Shown here in pieces: positions 13,314-24,099 of a DNA stretch of 32,000 nucleotides. The stretch is from Candidatus Saccharimonadota bacterium. Lineage in GTDB: Bacteria; Patescibacteriota; Microgenomatia; UBA1406; GWC2-37-13. The notes under the pieces were generated by a model. That model made no database searches and was not told the DNA's origin. It saw only the letters and a list, made by a program, of their open reading frames with translations. A program made the translations under genes and the position numbers. Numbering within the stretch: the stretch's first letter is position 1; every line of letters begins with the position of its first letter. Where the stretch lies: positions 420,001-452,000 of the forward strand of contig CP066689.1 of NCBI GenBank assembly GCA_016432445.1, written 5' to 3'.

Positions 13314-15140
13314 ATGGAAATAAGAAATATTGCTATTATTGCCCACGTTGACCATGGTAAAACTACCTTGGTTGATGGATTACTCAAACAAACCCACACT
13401 TTCCGTGATAATCAGAAGGAAATGTCTGAAACTTTGATCATGGATTCCAATGATTTGGAACGGGAAAAGGGCATTACGATATTGGCCAAAAATACTTCAG
13501 TTTTCTACCATGATCAGAAAATTAACATTATCGATACTCCTGGGCACGCAGATTTTGGCGGCGAGGTGGAACGGGTGATTAATATGGCCAGCGGCGCTTT
13601 GCTTTTGGTCGATGCGGCCGAAGGCCCTTTGCCTCAAACCAGATTTGTCTTAAAAAAAGCTTTAGAAGCTCATTTAAAAGTAATCTTAATCATCAACAAA
13701 ATTGATAAACGCGATGCCAGACCTCAAGAAGTTCTTCATGAAGTGGAAAATCTTTTTCTTGAATTAGCTCATGATGAAAACGCTTTGCATTTCACAACTC
13801 TTTACGCTGTAGGCCGAGATGGTAAGGCTTTTTACACTTTGCCTGAGAAATATGATGCATCTATGCCTGGCGATTTATCTCCTTTATTTGAAACAGTTGT
13901 TAAAGAAATTCCTAATGTTGCCGTGAATGATGATAAACCTTTTCAGATGCTTATTTCAACTTTGGATTATGATAATTATGTAGGCAAACTTTGTATTGGT
14001 AAAGTTTCAGCGGGAGTATTGTCTAAAGGTCAAACTGTGTCTTTAGTTGATGAGAATCAGGTTTTAGGAAATCATAAAGTGATGAAACTTTATACCAGCC
14101 GTGGTTTGCAAAGAGAAGAAGTGGATAAGGTAACTTCAGGAGACATTGTGGCGATTGCAGGTATTCCAGAACTTACTATTGGTCAAACTGTAACTGATCC
14201 TCAAAATCCTATAAGTTTACCAAAAATTGATATTGAAGAACCGACAATCAAAGTTACCATTGGTCCAAATACTAGTCCGCTTTCAGGTAGGGAAGGAAAA
14301 TACTCAACTTCAAGACAGATTAAAGAAAGATTAATGAAAGAAAAAGAAACAAACTTAGGTTTAAAGATTAAAGAGGATCCGGAAGGAGTAAGTTTTATAG
14401 TCAGTGGTCGGGGAGAGCTTCATCTGGCTGTTCTTATTGAAACCATGAGACGGGAAGGATTTGAAATGCAAATTTCAAAACCACAGGTTATTTATAAAGA
14501 TATTGATGGGCATGTTTGCGAGCCATATGAGGAAGTAACTATTGATGTTCATCAGGATTATATGGGACCAATTCAGGAGGAAATGGGAAAAAGACGCGCC
14601 ATTATGCAGGATATGACAACTGATCACAATGGCAATGCCCGTTTAATTTACAAAATCTCCAGCCAAAACTTATTGGGTATCCGCAATGTAATGTTAACCA
14701 AAACGAGAGGAACAGCTATTATGAGTACTTATTTTTTAGGATACGAGCCAAAAGGAGTCAAAATGGAATCTTTAAGAAATGGTGCTTTGGTAGCAGTTAA
14801 ATCGGGACAAGCCTTGTCTTATGGTTTACAGAATGCCCAAGATAGAGGAACACTTTTTGTGGGAGTTGGAGTTGAGGTTTATGAAGGAATGGTTGTGGGA
14901 GTGGCCGCCCGAGATATGGATGTTGAAGTTAATATCTGTAAAGCAAAACAACTGACTAATAACCGTTCTTCAGGAGAAGGTGTCAATATATCAGTGGCGC
15001 CTCCTACAATTCTTTCCCTTGAGCAGTGTTTAGACTTTATTAATGAAGATGAACTTCTTGAAGTTACTCCTTTAAATTTAAGGATAAGAAAAAAATTCTT
15101 AAACACAACTCAGCGAAGGGTTTATAATAGAAATAATTAA
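13314..15140 (+). CDS. typA: translational GTPase TypA/BipA
   Basis: [33 protein letters not shown] and NKIDK motifs, with the BipA-type C-terminal domain. ATG at 13314 is preferred to the GTG at 13284, which lies inside the hairpin. Confidence 0.9.
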   Translation: MEIRNIAIIAHVDHGKTTLVDGLLKQTHTFRDNQKEMSETLIMDSNDLEREKGITILAKNTSVFYHDQKINIIDTPGHADFGGEVERVINMASGALLLVDAAEGPLPQTRFVLKKALEAHLKVILIINKIDKRDARPQEVLHEVENLFLELAHDENALHFTTLYAVGRDGKAFYTLPEKYDASMPGDLSPLFETVVKEIPNVAVNDDKPFQMLISTLDYDNYVGKLCIGKVSAGVLSKGQTVSLVDENQVLGNHKVMKLYTSRGLQREEVDKVTSGDIVAIAGIPELTIGQTVTDPQNPISLPKIDIEEPTIKVTIGPNTSPLSGREGKYSTSRQIKERLMKEKETNLGLKIKEDPEGVSFIVSGRGELHLAVLIETMRREGFEMQISKPQVIYKDIDGHVCEPYEEVTIDVHQDYMGPIQEEMGKRRAIMQDMTTDHNGNARLIYKISSQNLLGIRNVMLTKTRGTAIMSTYFLGYEPKGVKMESLRNGALVAVKSGQALSYGLQNAQDRGTLFVGVGVEVYEGMVVGVAARDMDVEVNICKAKQLTNNRSSGEGVNISVAPPTILSLEQCLDFINEDELLEVTPLNLRIRKKFLNTTQRRVYNRNN

Positions 15141-15181
15141 TTTATAACGGTTATAATTGTTATAACTATTATAATCATTAT

Positions 15182-15850
15182 ATGAAAAGTGAAGTAATAT
15201 TGGCAGGAATTGTTTTACTGTTTTTTGTTGGCGGATTATTTCTTTTAACCAAATCAAACATGACTAAAAAGTTTGAAACTGCTTCTCAAAAAAAAGTAAC
15301 TTCTCCGACAGCCAGTTTAGCTCAAAAGCCTGTTGAAACTTTTGCCGCTTTACCTGAGAGTTTCTTTGATAAATCGAAATCTTATACTGCAGTATTAAAA
15401 ACAACCGAAGGTGACATTACAATTCAGTTAAATGCTCAAGAGACTCCTAAAACAGTAGAAAATTTTGTAACACTATCGCAAAAGAATTTTTATAACAATA
15501 CTATTTTTCATAGAGTAATCAAAGGATTTATGATTCAGGGCGGTGACCCGAAAGGTGATGGCACAGGAGGACCAGGTTACCGTTTTGCTGATGAACCTTT
15601 TGAAGGAGAATACACAAGAGGTATAGTAGCTATGGCTAATGCCGGACCAAACACCAATGGAAGTCAGTTTTTCATTATGCATCAAGATAATCCTTTGCCT
15701 AAAAATTATGTTATCTTCGGGAAAGTAATTGAAGGCATAGAAGTTGTTGATAAGATTGCCGAAGCTCCGGTTGAGTCAAGCTCAAGCGGCGAGCCATCAA
15801 AACCGATAAATCCAGTAACAGTTCAATCTGTTGAGATTATTGAAAAATAA
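15182..15850 (+). CDS. membrane-anchored cyclophilin-type peptidyl-prolyl cis-trans isomerase
   Basis: N-terminal TM helix. Motifs FHRVIKGFMIQGGDP, GGPGY and MANAGPNTNGSQFFI. Confidence 0.9.
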   Translation: MKSEVILAGIVLLFFVGGLFLLTKSNMTKKFETASQKKVTSPTASLAQKPVETFAALPESFFDKSKSYTAVLKTTEGDITIQLNAQETPKTVENFVTLSQKNFYNNTIFHRVIKGFMIQGGDPKGDGTGGPGYRFADEPFEGEYTRGIVAMANAGPNTNGSQFFIMHQDNPLPKNYVIFGKVIEGIEVVDKIAEAPVESSSSGEPSKPINPVTVQSVEIIEK

Positions 15851-15852
15851 TT

Positions 15853-17001
15853 ATGGTTCACCGAGAACAAGCCATTGGCGCTAAGGGATGGAAACAGCTG
15901 CAGAATGAAAAAAAACAAAAGGAAGTGTCTGGAGGAAGAGGGATTACAAGAAGAGATTTTTTGTGGAAGGCTCCACTAGCTGCAACTGGAACGGCTTTAG
16001 CGATTAAAGAAGTTATTAATGGTGAAGGGCGAAAATTTCTCGGGGATCTCGCAGCTGGATTGGTTGGTGGCATTAACGCAACTGCTTCGCCAACTACGTC
16101 AGAACAAATAGCTAAACCAGCCGATGTTGAACCGACTTTCTCTCAGACTTTCTTGGATACACTAAAAAAAGAGGATATAGATCGACTAAGATCTATGGAA
16201 AAAGTCATACTTGAAGAAGTAAATCTCCTTATGGCCGGTAAAGACAAAGCTCATATATCCAAAGCTTTAGAGCAGGTGGGTTACCATGTCTTAGCAAACT
16301 TTAATAGAGATACTGACCTTAAGAATTCATCAAGTCGGGAATGGATTAAGATCATCAATGAAGTGGCTCCGCTTTTAGATAACAAGCCAGATTCTTTTGT
16401 TCTGCACTTTTTACCGGGGGTAATTTACGCGGAAAGTTCAGGAAATCCTAAACAATTAGGTACAAATAAAATAGATGCGGGATTGTGCCAGATGCAACCT
16501 GATAATGCAGCTGAAATATATAAACGGTTAACTGATAGACTGGCGAGATATTCTAAAGGAACAGATGAAGAATCTAAAAAAAAGTCTCAGTTCTTAACTC
16601 AAGCAATAAAAGGTATAAAATTTAATGAAAAAAAAGAAATTGACTTATTTGATCCTAAAACAAATATAACCTTAACTTTAGAATATATTGATTATTTATA
16701 TGATTTATTTCCTGATAAAAGTTTAACTCTTTGGGGTGTAAATATGGGTAATGGTAATTTGATAAATGCTTTGGTGGCTAGTCGTGGTCAATCTCAATCC
16801 AGAGCTCAGGAAATAAAACATAACCTGAGCACGTTTGCTAATTCAAAGCAAGCTTATAAAGATGTCGAAGCTTTGATTAAAGGCAATTCTCCAGCTGATG
16901 CTATTGATTTTACTAATATGACCGAATGGAACAGCGCCCGGGCTTATCCAGCCAGGATTATTGCCTCAAGAACACTAATGAGAGTGAAAAATTTATTATA
17001 A
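15853..17001 (+). CDS. Tat-signal SLT-domain lytic transglycosylase-like protein
   Basis: Twin-arginine motif TRRDFLWKAPLAATGTALA. SLT-like catalytic stretch AESSGNP...GLCQM. Confidence 0.6.
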   Translation: MVHREQAIGAKGWKQLQNEKKQKEVSGGRGITRRDFLWKAPLAATGTALAIKEVINGEGRKFLGDLAAGLVGGINATASPTTSEQIAKPADVEPTFSQTFLDTLKKEDIDRLRSMEKVILEEVNLLMAGKDKAHISKALEQVGYHVLANFNRDTDLKNSSSREWIKIINEVAPLLDNKPDSFVLHFLPGVIYAESSGNPKQLGTNKIDAGLCQMQPDNAAEIYKRLTDRLARYSKGTDEESKKKSQFLTQAIKGIKFNEKKEIDLFDPKTNITLTLEYIDYLYDLFPDKSLTLWGVNMGNGNLINALVASRGQSQSRAQEIKHNLSTFANSKQAYKDVEALIKGNSPADAIDFTNMTEWNSARAYPARIIASRTLMRVKNLL

Positions 17002-17009
17002 TGTAATCT

Positions 17010-17615
17010 ATGAACTTACCGATAAAGGATAAAGACGGAAAAAATTTATCTATTTCACAAGTTATTATTAAGATTGTAAACCGCTTTCAAAATATTTTAC
17101 TGGAGTTTCAAGTTTTTCTTCTTCATCTTATTTCTGCTTTTCCCTGTCATTTTACAAGAAGATTTTTTTACCGTTTGGCCGGGATTAAAATTGGTTCTGG
17201 TTCAACCATTCATATTGGAGCCAGATTTTATGAACCTTCAAATATTTCAATTGGGGCCGATTCAATCATTGGAGAAGGGGCTGTCCTTGATGGTCGGGAA
17301 ACATTGAAAATAGGTAATCATGTCGACATTGCCACAGATGTCATGATTTATAACAGCGAACATGATGTAGAAAGTGAAAGTTTTGCTGCTCATAATGCTC
17401 CAGTTATTATCGAAGATTATGTTTTCATCGGACCGCGGGCAATAATTTTACCTGGGATTACAATTAGTAAAGGCGCTGTAGTTGGTGCCGGTGCCGTGGT
17501 CACTAAAGATGTACCTCCATTTGCAATTGTTGGCGGAGTGCCTGCTAAAATTATCGGTGAACGGAAAAATAAAGAACTTCGCTACAAGCTTGGTCGGGCC
17601 AGATGGTTTAGGTGA
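17010..17615 (+). CDS. hexapeptide-repeat (LbH) O-acetyltransferase
   Basis: Repeated [LIV]G-x4 hexapeptides ([38 protein letters not shown]) and the tail [10 protein letters not shown]. Confidence 0.8.
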   Translation: MNLPIKDKDGKNLSISQVIIKIVNRFQNILLEFQVFLLHLISAFPCHFTRRFFYRLAGIKIGSGSTIHIGARFYEPSNISIGADSIIGEGAVLDGRETLKIGNHVDIATDVMIYNSEHDVESESFAAHNAPVIIEDYVFIGPRAIILPGITISKGAVVGAGAVVTKDVPPFAIVGGVPAKIIGERKNKELRYKLGRARWFR

Positions 17616-17616
17616 T

Positions 17617-19029
17617 CTAATCTGCAGTTCCCACAAGGTAAACGGCTTGCCAGGGTTTGAAGTAAGATGTAAATTCTTTTTCAAAGGTTATCTCGCTTCC
17701 TTTGCTTACTTTATAATGAAATGTAGCCAAAGCTCCCCAGGCTGGAAAATCTACCTGTTTAACTACTCCTTTTTTTTGGGTCGGGTCGTCCTGATAGAGC
17801 GCTGGTGGGGGAGGCTGCTCATCAGTAACCTTTACAGATGAGATCTCAATATTTCTTCCATCTTTTTTTCCAAAAAGCTTAAATCTTAATATATTTTTTT
17901 CTTTATCAATTTCTGTCATTATTAAAATAGCAGCCGGCGTGTCATTTTTTATTTTCAGATCAGGAGAAGGAGAAAATACTGTTGCGTCAAATCCTGGTTT
18001 TGAGTCGTTTTCATAATAAGAAACACGGTAAGCATGAGCTGTGCGTGCCAGTATGGGGAGGCCGGCATTAAGAGCAGCTCTAAACATAGTGGTTGAGACC
18101 TGGCAGACTCCTCCTCCATCACCTAAAACAGTTTTTCCTTCTTTGATGATATAAGCTGGCTTATAACCAGTGAGCGCTGATACATCCCCTAGAACATCAT
18201 TAAACGAAAATTCTTTGTCTTTAGGAATTAATACGCCATTAAATTTAGAGGAGGCAAGAGTAAGGTTATGTATTCTTTCAGGTATAGAGTGAGTATAATC
18301 TGATTTTCCTTCAGCAATAAGCTCTTCTATTCCAAAATTATTAATGTTTTTTAAAGTTATTTCAGGCTCGATCAAATCAGCTGTTAACTTAATAGTTTTA
18401 TTTGTAGGTTTATTATTAAAATTAATTATAGCTTCATCAAAATCTTCAAAAAATTTATCAGTGTTGATTTTTAAACCTTTTTCTTCTTGCCTAAAGCTTG
18501 AAACTTTTCCATCTTCAAATTTAAAGAGAGCGTTTTTTGCTGGTTTGTTATACTGATCTTTAACCGTGTTTATAAAATCATCAACTTGATCTTTATCGTA
18601 GGCAATCTGCGAATAAAAATTATACTTTTCAAGCTTGAATAAAGAGGTAATTTTTTGATAAACGCGAGATATTCCATGACTGCTTCTTCCGATAAGATAA
18701 GCTCTCTCAATTATTTCTTCACCATTGGAATGAAGATTGAGTTTTTCGGCGGATAGAGTCGCAATTGTATTTTCTTTATAGGAAATAATAATGTCAACAG
18801 ACTTAAGTTTTTGATTTTTTTCTTTAAATTCCGCGGCTACTTCTGATTTTAGTTTTCCGCCAACATTATTCCCATCTAAAAAAACATTAGGATAAATTTT
18901 TTCTTTTAATCCTTTTTCCTGATTGATAATATACTGAGTCAGAACGACAAAAAAAATTAATAAACTTACAAAAAGCAGAATTGAATATTTTAAAAAATGA
19001 GTGTGATTGTCTTCTTTTTTTGGTATCAT
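17617..19029 (-). CDS. VanW-family protein
   Basis: N-terminal TM helix. VanW core GGGVCQVSTTMFRAALNAGLPILARTAHAY. Confidence 0.8.
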   Translation of the reverse strand: MIPKKEDNHTHFLKYSILLFVSLLIFFVVLTQYIINQEKGLKEKIYPNVFLDGNNVGGKLKSEVAAEFKEKNQKLKSVDIIISYKENTIATLSAEKLNLHSNGEEIIERAYLIGRSSHGISRVYQKITSLFKLEKYNFYSQIAYDKDQVDDFINTVKDQYNKPAKNALFKFEDGKVSSFRQEEKGLKINTDKFFEDFDEAIINFNNKPTNKTIKLTADLIEPEITLKNINNFGIEELIAEGKSDYTHSIPERIHNLTLASSKFNGVLIPKDKEFSFNDVLGDVSALTGYKPAYIIKEGKTVLGDGGGVCQVSTTMFRAALNAGLPILARTAHAYRVSYYENDSKPGFDATVFSPSPDLKIKNDTPAAILIMTEIDKEKNILRFKLFGKKDGRNIEISSVKVTDEQPPPPALYQDDPTQKKGVVKQVDFPAWGALATFHYKVSKGSEITFEKEFTSYFKPWQAVYLVGTAD

Positions 19030-19036
19030 AAAGCTT

Positions 19037-20620
19037 ATGGTTGATAATAAATCAAATCAAGAAGAAAATCAACTAGCTACTGGAGAAGTGCCGGCTAATG
19101 TTGATCTGACTCCGGTTTATAAAGCTGATTCTGATAAACCGCCTGATAAAATAAATAAGGCTTCAGAGAGACCTCAGCCTATATTTGAAACGGTTCCGGA
19201 CCCAGGGTCTTCAAAGCCTGAGGATTTAAGACCAGAGGAAGTATCCGCAGACGTGGTCAATCCTAAAGATGCTTTGACTTCATCTCCGCCAGAGGCTTTT
19301 TCTCCTCCGCCTCCGCCGTTTGAACATAAAACAAAGTTACTTTTTATTGGAGGTGTAGCTGTTTTTTTCTTAATAATATTTTTTATTATCATTAAACTTT
19401 TTTTTGGAGGTAAGGCACAACCCAAAGAAATAAATCTTCAGTACTGGGGGTTATGGGAGGAAAAAGAGGTCTTGGAACCTCTGATAGCTCAGTACCAAGC
19501 AAAAAATCCTAATGTCAAAATAGTTTATCAAAAAATGTCTCCTCAGCAATATAGAGAAAAGTTAATTGCACGAGGAAAAAATGGTCAAGGACCAGATATT
19601 TTTCGGTTTCATAATACATGGCTGCCTCAAATTAAAGAGATTGTAACCCCTTTGCCTTCAAACATTATGAGCAGTACTGAGTTTGAAAAAACGTTTTACG
19701 CGATTCATGCGAGTGACCTAGGCATAGGTGAGAAAGCTGGTAGACGTTACTATGGGCTACCTTTAGAAATAGATGGTTTAGTTTTAGTTTACAATGAAGG
19801 TTTATTTAAGAAAGCTGGTATTAATAAGGCTCCAGTTACATGGGAGGAAATTACAGAATATGTAAGTAAACTTGCAGTGAAGGATAAAAATGGCCAGATA
19901 ATTAACTCACCTATTGCACTGGGGACTGCTTCAAACGTTGAAAATTTTTCTGACATTTTTGGTTTAATGCTTATCCAAAACGGCGGAGATTTAAAAAATC
20001 TTGATAAACCTGAAGCAGCTGGTGCTCTTGAGAGTTATAGAAAGCTTTCTGAGCCACCAACTGATTTTTGGAATGATTCTATGCCTAACTCTATGGCCGC
20101 TTTTATTCAGGAGAAAGTGGCTATGGTAATTGTTCCTTCCTGGGAGATACTGACAATAAATATTGCTAATCCTGATTTAAAATTTAGAGTAGTCGGAGTA
20201 CCTCAGATTCCTGGAGCCAAGCCTGTATCATTGGCATCATATTGGGTGGAAGGAGTTTCACGTTACAGCAGAAATCAAGTTGAAGCTTGGAAATTTTTAA
20301 GATTTTTAGTTGAAAAAGATAACCTAACTAAACTATATACTCAACAAAGCAAAAATCGTATATTTGGTGAACCTTATTCAAGAAAAGATCTTGGACCGAC
20401 TATCATTCAAAATGAGTATATAGGAGCAGTCATTCAGCAAGCAGAATCTTATGTTTCTTTACCACTAATTAGTCGTACTTACGATGCTGGAATAAATGAT
20501 GAAATATCAAAATACATTGAAAATGCCATTAATGCGACACTTCAAGGGACATCATATGCTGAAGCTTTAAGAGTAGCGGCTCAAGGAGTAGCACAAGTTT
20601 ATGGACGTTTCAATAATTAG
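19037..20620 (+). CDS. membrane-anchored extracellular solute-binding protein (ABC family 1, sugar-type) with a proline/acidic N-terminal extension
   Basis: ATG at 19037 avoids overlap with vanW. TM helix, then LQYWGLWEE...NPNVKIVYQ...GPDIFRFHNTWLPQ, typical of SBP_bac_1. Confidence 0.7.
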   Translation: MVDNKSNQEENQLATGEVPANVDLTPVYKADSDKPPDKINKASERPQPIFETVPDPGSSKPEDLRPEEVSADVVNPKDALTSSPPEAFSPPPPPFEHKTKLLFIGGVAVFFLIIFFIIIKLFFGGKAQPKEINLQYWGLWEEKEVLEPLIAQYQAKNPNVKIVYQKMSPQQYREKLIARGKNGQGPDIFRFHNTWLPQIKEIVTPLPSNIMSSTEFEKTFYAIHASDLGIGEKAGRRYYGLPLEIDGLVLVYNEGLFKKAGINKAPVTWEEITEYVSKLAVKDKNGQIINSPIALGTASNVENFSDIFGLMLIQNGGDLKNLDKPEAAGALESYRKLSEPPTDFWNDSMPNSMAAFIQEKVAMVIVPSWEILTINIANPDLKFRVVGVPQIPGAKPVSLASYWVEGVSRYSRNQVEAWKFLRFLVEKDNLTKLYTQQSKNRIFGEPYSRKDLGPTIIQNEYIGAVIQQAESYVSLPLISRTYDAGINDEISKYIENAINATLQGTSYAEALRVAAQGVAQVYGRFNN

Positions 20621-20695
20621 TTAGTTATTCGTTGAACGTTTGGCGTTTAGCGCTTTACGCAGTACGCATAACGATTAACATTGTTATAATGAACT

Positions 20696-22771
20696 ATGCA
20701 GTTTTCCCTACCATTTATTAGTAAAAATAATAAAGAAGAAGTATATTTTGGTTTATTTTTGAAAGAAGAAGAGGCTATCGGTTTTGTGCTTGAGAGACGC
20801 GGTCATAACTTAGAGATAACAGCTGAGGAGAGAATAAGTTTTGTTAATGGATGGGATAATATCGTTGAATGCGTTGATGAGTTACTTTTTTCTTTAGAAC
20901 AAAAATCAAAAAAGCATTTAGAAAAAATCATTTTTTTTGTTTACTCCCATTTAATCGATCAAAATACAAAGGATATTAAAAAGTCTTACCTTACAGTTTT
21001 TAAAAATATCCTTAAACATTTGGAATTAAAACCTTTAGGTTATATCGAGTGTTATGAAGCAGTAGCAAATTACTATGAGAAAAAAGATCAATCTCCGTTA
21101 ACGGCTGTTTTAATTGAACTTGATAAATCAAATGTTGGTGTTTTTGTTTACAAGGGAGGGCACAAAACTTTTGCTAAAACAGTTGGGAGAACTCAGAATA
21201 TTATTGATGATTTAGAATCAGTTTTTATTGATGTAAAAGGAGACATGCTTCTTCCTTCAAGAATAATATTATATGATTCTTATGACCTTGACTCTGAATC
21301 AACAACTATTCTTTCCCACCGCTGGAATACAGAACTTTTTGTTCAGTATCCACGAGTTGAGATTGTAAAGCCAACAGATCTTCATAAGGGTTTAGTTATT
21401 GTTTTTGAAGATCAAATAAAAAACTCAAATTATTATGTAGAAGAAAAAGAAATAATCCAGGGAAAAAAAGAAGTAATGGGTTTCACCATAGGTGAAGAGG
21501 TAGAAGCTAAAGAGAATAACGCAGAAAGAGAAGACTTTAATGAAATCTCTGAGAGTGTTATAATAAAAGAACAACACGCAAGTTTTTTTTCAAAACTGAA
21601 AATAAAAATCTCTCAGATTAAATTTCCAACTCGATTATCTTCGGGTCATATTATTATTGTTACTGGTATTGCGTTGATCTTGATAGCCTTAGGTTTAACA
21701 GAATACTTTTTTCATAAAGTTCAGCTTACGGTTTTATTTCCTTCCCATACTTTAAGCAAAACAATTGAAGAAAACCTTACAATAGGTGAAAAATCAGATA
21801 AAGGAACTGAAATTAAATCTTTTACATTTTCTCAAGATTACAACGAGAAGAAAGCAACGACAGGCAAAAGAGATGTGGGAGAAAAAGCAAAAGGTGAGGT
21901 AACTATTAATAGTTTTGACAATAAGGATAGAGTTTTTAGTAAAGGAACAATACTTGAGGTTAACAATATTAAATTTGTGCTTGATGATGAGATTAAAGTA
22001 GCTTCATACTCAGAAAAAATAATTAATGATAGTACAGCTAGATTGCCAGGAACAAATAAGGATAAAGCAACAGCTGTGGAAATAGGTACAGAAGGAAACA
22101 TAGCTAAAGGACAAAAGCTAAAAATAGCTGATCTTTCTTTAACTGATTTTTTCGCAGTTAGCAATACAGCTTTCACTGGCGGAAGTAAAAAACAGATAAG
22201 AACAGTATCTAAGCAGGATGTAGAAGATATTAAAAAAAGAATCTTAGAAAAATCAAAACAAGAGGCAAATAGTAAAATAAAAACTGAACTGCAAAACAAT
22301 AATATTTTATTGGACTCATTAACTAATACCACACTCGATAATATTCAAATATCAAAAGAGATTGGAGAAGAAACTGAACAAGTATCTACTAAAGCTACTT
22401 CTAATACGACTTATTACACACTTTCCAAAAAAGAAGTTCAAAATATGCTCAAAGATTCTTTTAAAGGAGAAGTTCCTTCTGGTTTTCATTTAACTGATGA
22501 TCAAATTTCATTTGAGGTAAAAGATGTTGAGCAAAATGAAAATAAAATATCCATGAAAATTACTGCTAAAGCGGCGGCGTTAAAAGATGTTGAAAAAGAT
22601 GATATTATCCATAACGTGAAAGGAATGAATATTAAAGATGTAGAAAAAATATTAAAAGAAAAGTTTCAAGCTTCAGGATATGAAGTAAAAGCAAAGACTT
22701 CAATATTTTTTTTGAAAGAATGGATACCTTTTTTTGAGAAAAATATTAATCTAGTCATTTCCTCAATTTAA
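20696..22771 (+). CDS. large hypothetical membrane protein (cytoplasmic N-domain, one TM helix, K/E-rich extracellular domain)
   Basis: 691-aa ORF with a TM helix at about residues 315-335. No family was recognised. Confidence 0.6.
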   Translation: MQFSLPFISKNNKEEVYFGLFLKEEEAIGFVLERRGHNLEITAEERISFVNGWDNIVECVDELLFSLEQKSKKHLEKIIFFVYSHLIDQNTKDIKKSYLTVFKNILKHLELKPLGYIECYEAVANYYEKKDQSPLTAVLIELDKSNVGVFVYKGGHKTFAKTVGRTQNIIDDLESVFIDVKGDMLLPSRIILYDSYDLDSESTTILSHRWNTELFVQYPRVEIVKPTDLHKGLVIVFEDQIKNSNYYVEEKEIIQGKKEVMGFTIGEEVEAKENNAEREDFNEISESVIIKEQHASFFSKLKIKISQIKFPTRLSSGHIIIVTGIALILIALGLTEYFFHKVQLTVLFPSHTLSKTIEENLTIGEKSDKGTEIKSFTFSQDYNEKKATTGKRDVGEKAKGEVTINSFDNKDRVFSKGTILEVNNIKFVLDDEIKVASYSEKIINDSTARLPGTNKDKATAVEIGTEGNIAKGQKLKIADLSLTDFFAVSNTAFTGGSKKQIRTVSKQDVEDIKKRILEKSKQEANSKIKTELQNNNILLDSLTNTTLDNIQISKEIGEETEQVSTKATSNTTYYTLSKKEVQNMLKDSFKGEVPSGFHLTDDQISFEVKDVEQNENKISMKITAKAAALKDVEKDDIIHNVKGMNIKDVEKILKEKFQASGYEVKAKTSIFFLKEWIPFFEKNINLVISSI

Positions 22772-22780
22772 TTTACTTAA

Positions 22781-23524
22781 ATGAATATGATTAAACATGT
22801 ATATATAAAAGAGTATTATTCTGTAAAAAAAAGAATGACGGAAGTAATTTCTTATATTTCTTTGGTTACAGGTGCGATATTGCTTTTCTGGTCTTTTTAT
22901 CCAATAGTTTCTTTTGAAATTTATTCCCGTCTATTTATTCAGCGTGATGTTTTAAGTCCTATTCCGCGGTCGCAGTTGGCATTTTCCTTAAACACAGGCG
23001 GTTCAGTACTGGGAAGTTACCAGATTTATTCAAGCAATTTAAGAGATTTTGTTCAGGCTAATCTATGGTTTCCAACAATGTCACAAACCAATACTCCAAG
23101 TAACATTGAAATAAAAGAATATTATTTGACAATTCCTAAATTAAATATAGCTGATGCAAAAGTTATTGTTGGAGGTAACGATTTATCCAAAAGCTTAATT
23201 CACTATATTCCAACGACTCTTCCAGGTGAGTATGGAAATGTTAATATTTTCGGTCATTCTAGTCTACCGCAGCTTTACAATTCTAAGGATTATAAAACAT
23301 TATTCACGTACCTTCCATCAATTGAAAAAGGAGACAAAGTCATTATAAAAATAGGCAGTATAAAATATGAGTATGAAGCTTATGATATGTTTGTGGTAAA
23401 ACCAGATCAAGTATCAGTGCTTGAACAAAGGTATGATGCTGCTTATTTAACTCTTATCACCTGTGTTCCTCCGGGAACCTACTGGAATAGATTAGTAGTA
23501 AAAGCGAAGTTGAGCAAAATTTAA
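22781..23524 (+). CDS. sortase-family transpeptidase
   Basis: N-terminal TM helix. Catalytic His (IFGHSS), TLITC motif (YLTLITCVPPG) and Arg (WNRLVV). Confidence 0.85.
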   Translation: MNMIKHVYIKEYYSVKKRMTEVISYISLVTGAILLFWSFYPIVSFEIYSRLFIQRDVLSPIPRSQLAFSLNTGGSVLGSYQIYSSNLRDFVQANLWFPTMSQTNTPSNIEIKEYYLTIPKLNIADAKVIVGGNDLSKSLIHYIPTTLPGEYGNVNIFGHSSLPQLYNSKDYKTLFTYLPSIEKGDKVIIKIGSIKYEYEAYDMFVVKPDQVSVLEQRYDAAYLTLITCVPPGTYWNRLVVKAKLSKI

Positions 23525-23872
23525 TTAATAAATAATCTTAAGTGTGTTTCCTGAATGAATGATGTTAGGATTAGTAAGATTATTGTCGCGAGCAATTTTT
23601 GTCCATAAATCAGCATCTCCATATTTTTCTTGAGCAATGTGCCATAATTCATCACCTTCCTTAATTATATATATATCAATTTTTCTTTGAGTATTTGGAG
23701 AAACAGCGGTTATATCACCTTTATCGATAACCTGTGTTTTTTTATTCGGCAGTTGCGTTATAAACAGAATTGCTTTTAATATAAATGTCAAAACTATAAT
23801 TACAGAAATAACACCAATTAAAAAAGATATCCGGTTTTTTCTAATGATAGCAATCATGTTTTCTAGTCCCAT
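23525..23872 (-). CDS. membrane-anchored LysM-domain protein
   Basis: TM helix followed by a LysM repeat (YIIKEGDELWHIAQEKYGDADLWTKIARDNNLTNPNIIHSGNTLKI). Confidence 0.8.
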   Translation of the reverse strand: MGLENMIAIIRKNRISFLIGVISVIIVLTFILKAILFITQLPNKKTQVIDKGDITAVSPNTQRKIDIYIIKEGDELWHIAQEKYGDADLWTKIARDNNLTNPNIIHSGNTLKIIY

Positions 23873-24099
23873 AGAATCTAATCACTGATCAAATTGGTAT
23901 TGACAAGTTAAGTAACTTTTGTATTATGAAAATAGAATACCAAAAAAACAAATTTTTAAATAGTGTTTTTTAAATAATGAATACTATTCCTGGTAAATAA
24001 ACTATTAGGACATAAGACACGGATAACAAAAAAAACATTAAGCTATTATTATTTTTGCTATAAATAGCCTATAATGTCCGGTATAATTTTGCCAGGTTT

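Noticed and set aside
15141-15181. Four TTATAA-type repeats (TTATAACGGTTATAATTGTTATAACTATTATAATC) between typA and the PPIase gene
   Set aside because: This is low-complexity AT-rich promoter sequence containing the -10 box used in the leaderless-start observation. There is no evidence of a distinct element.
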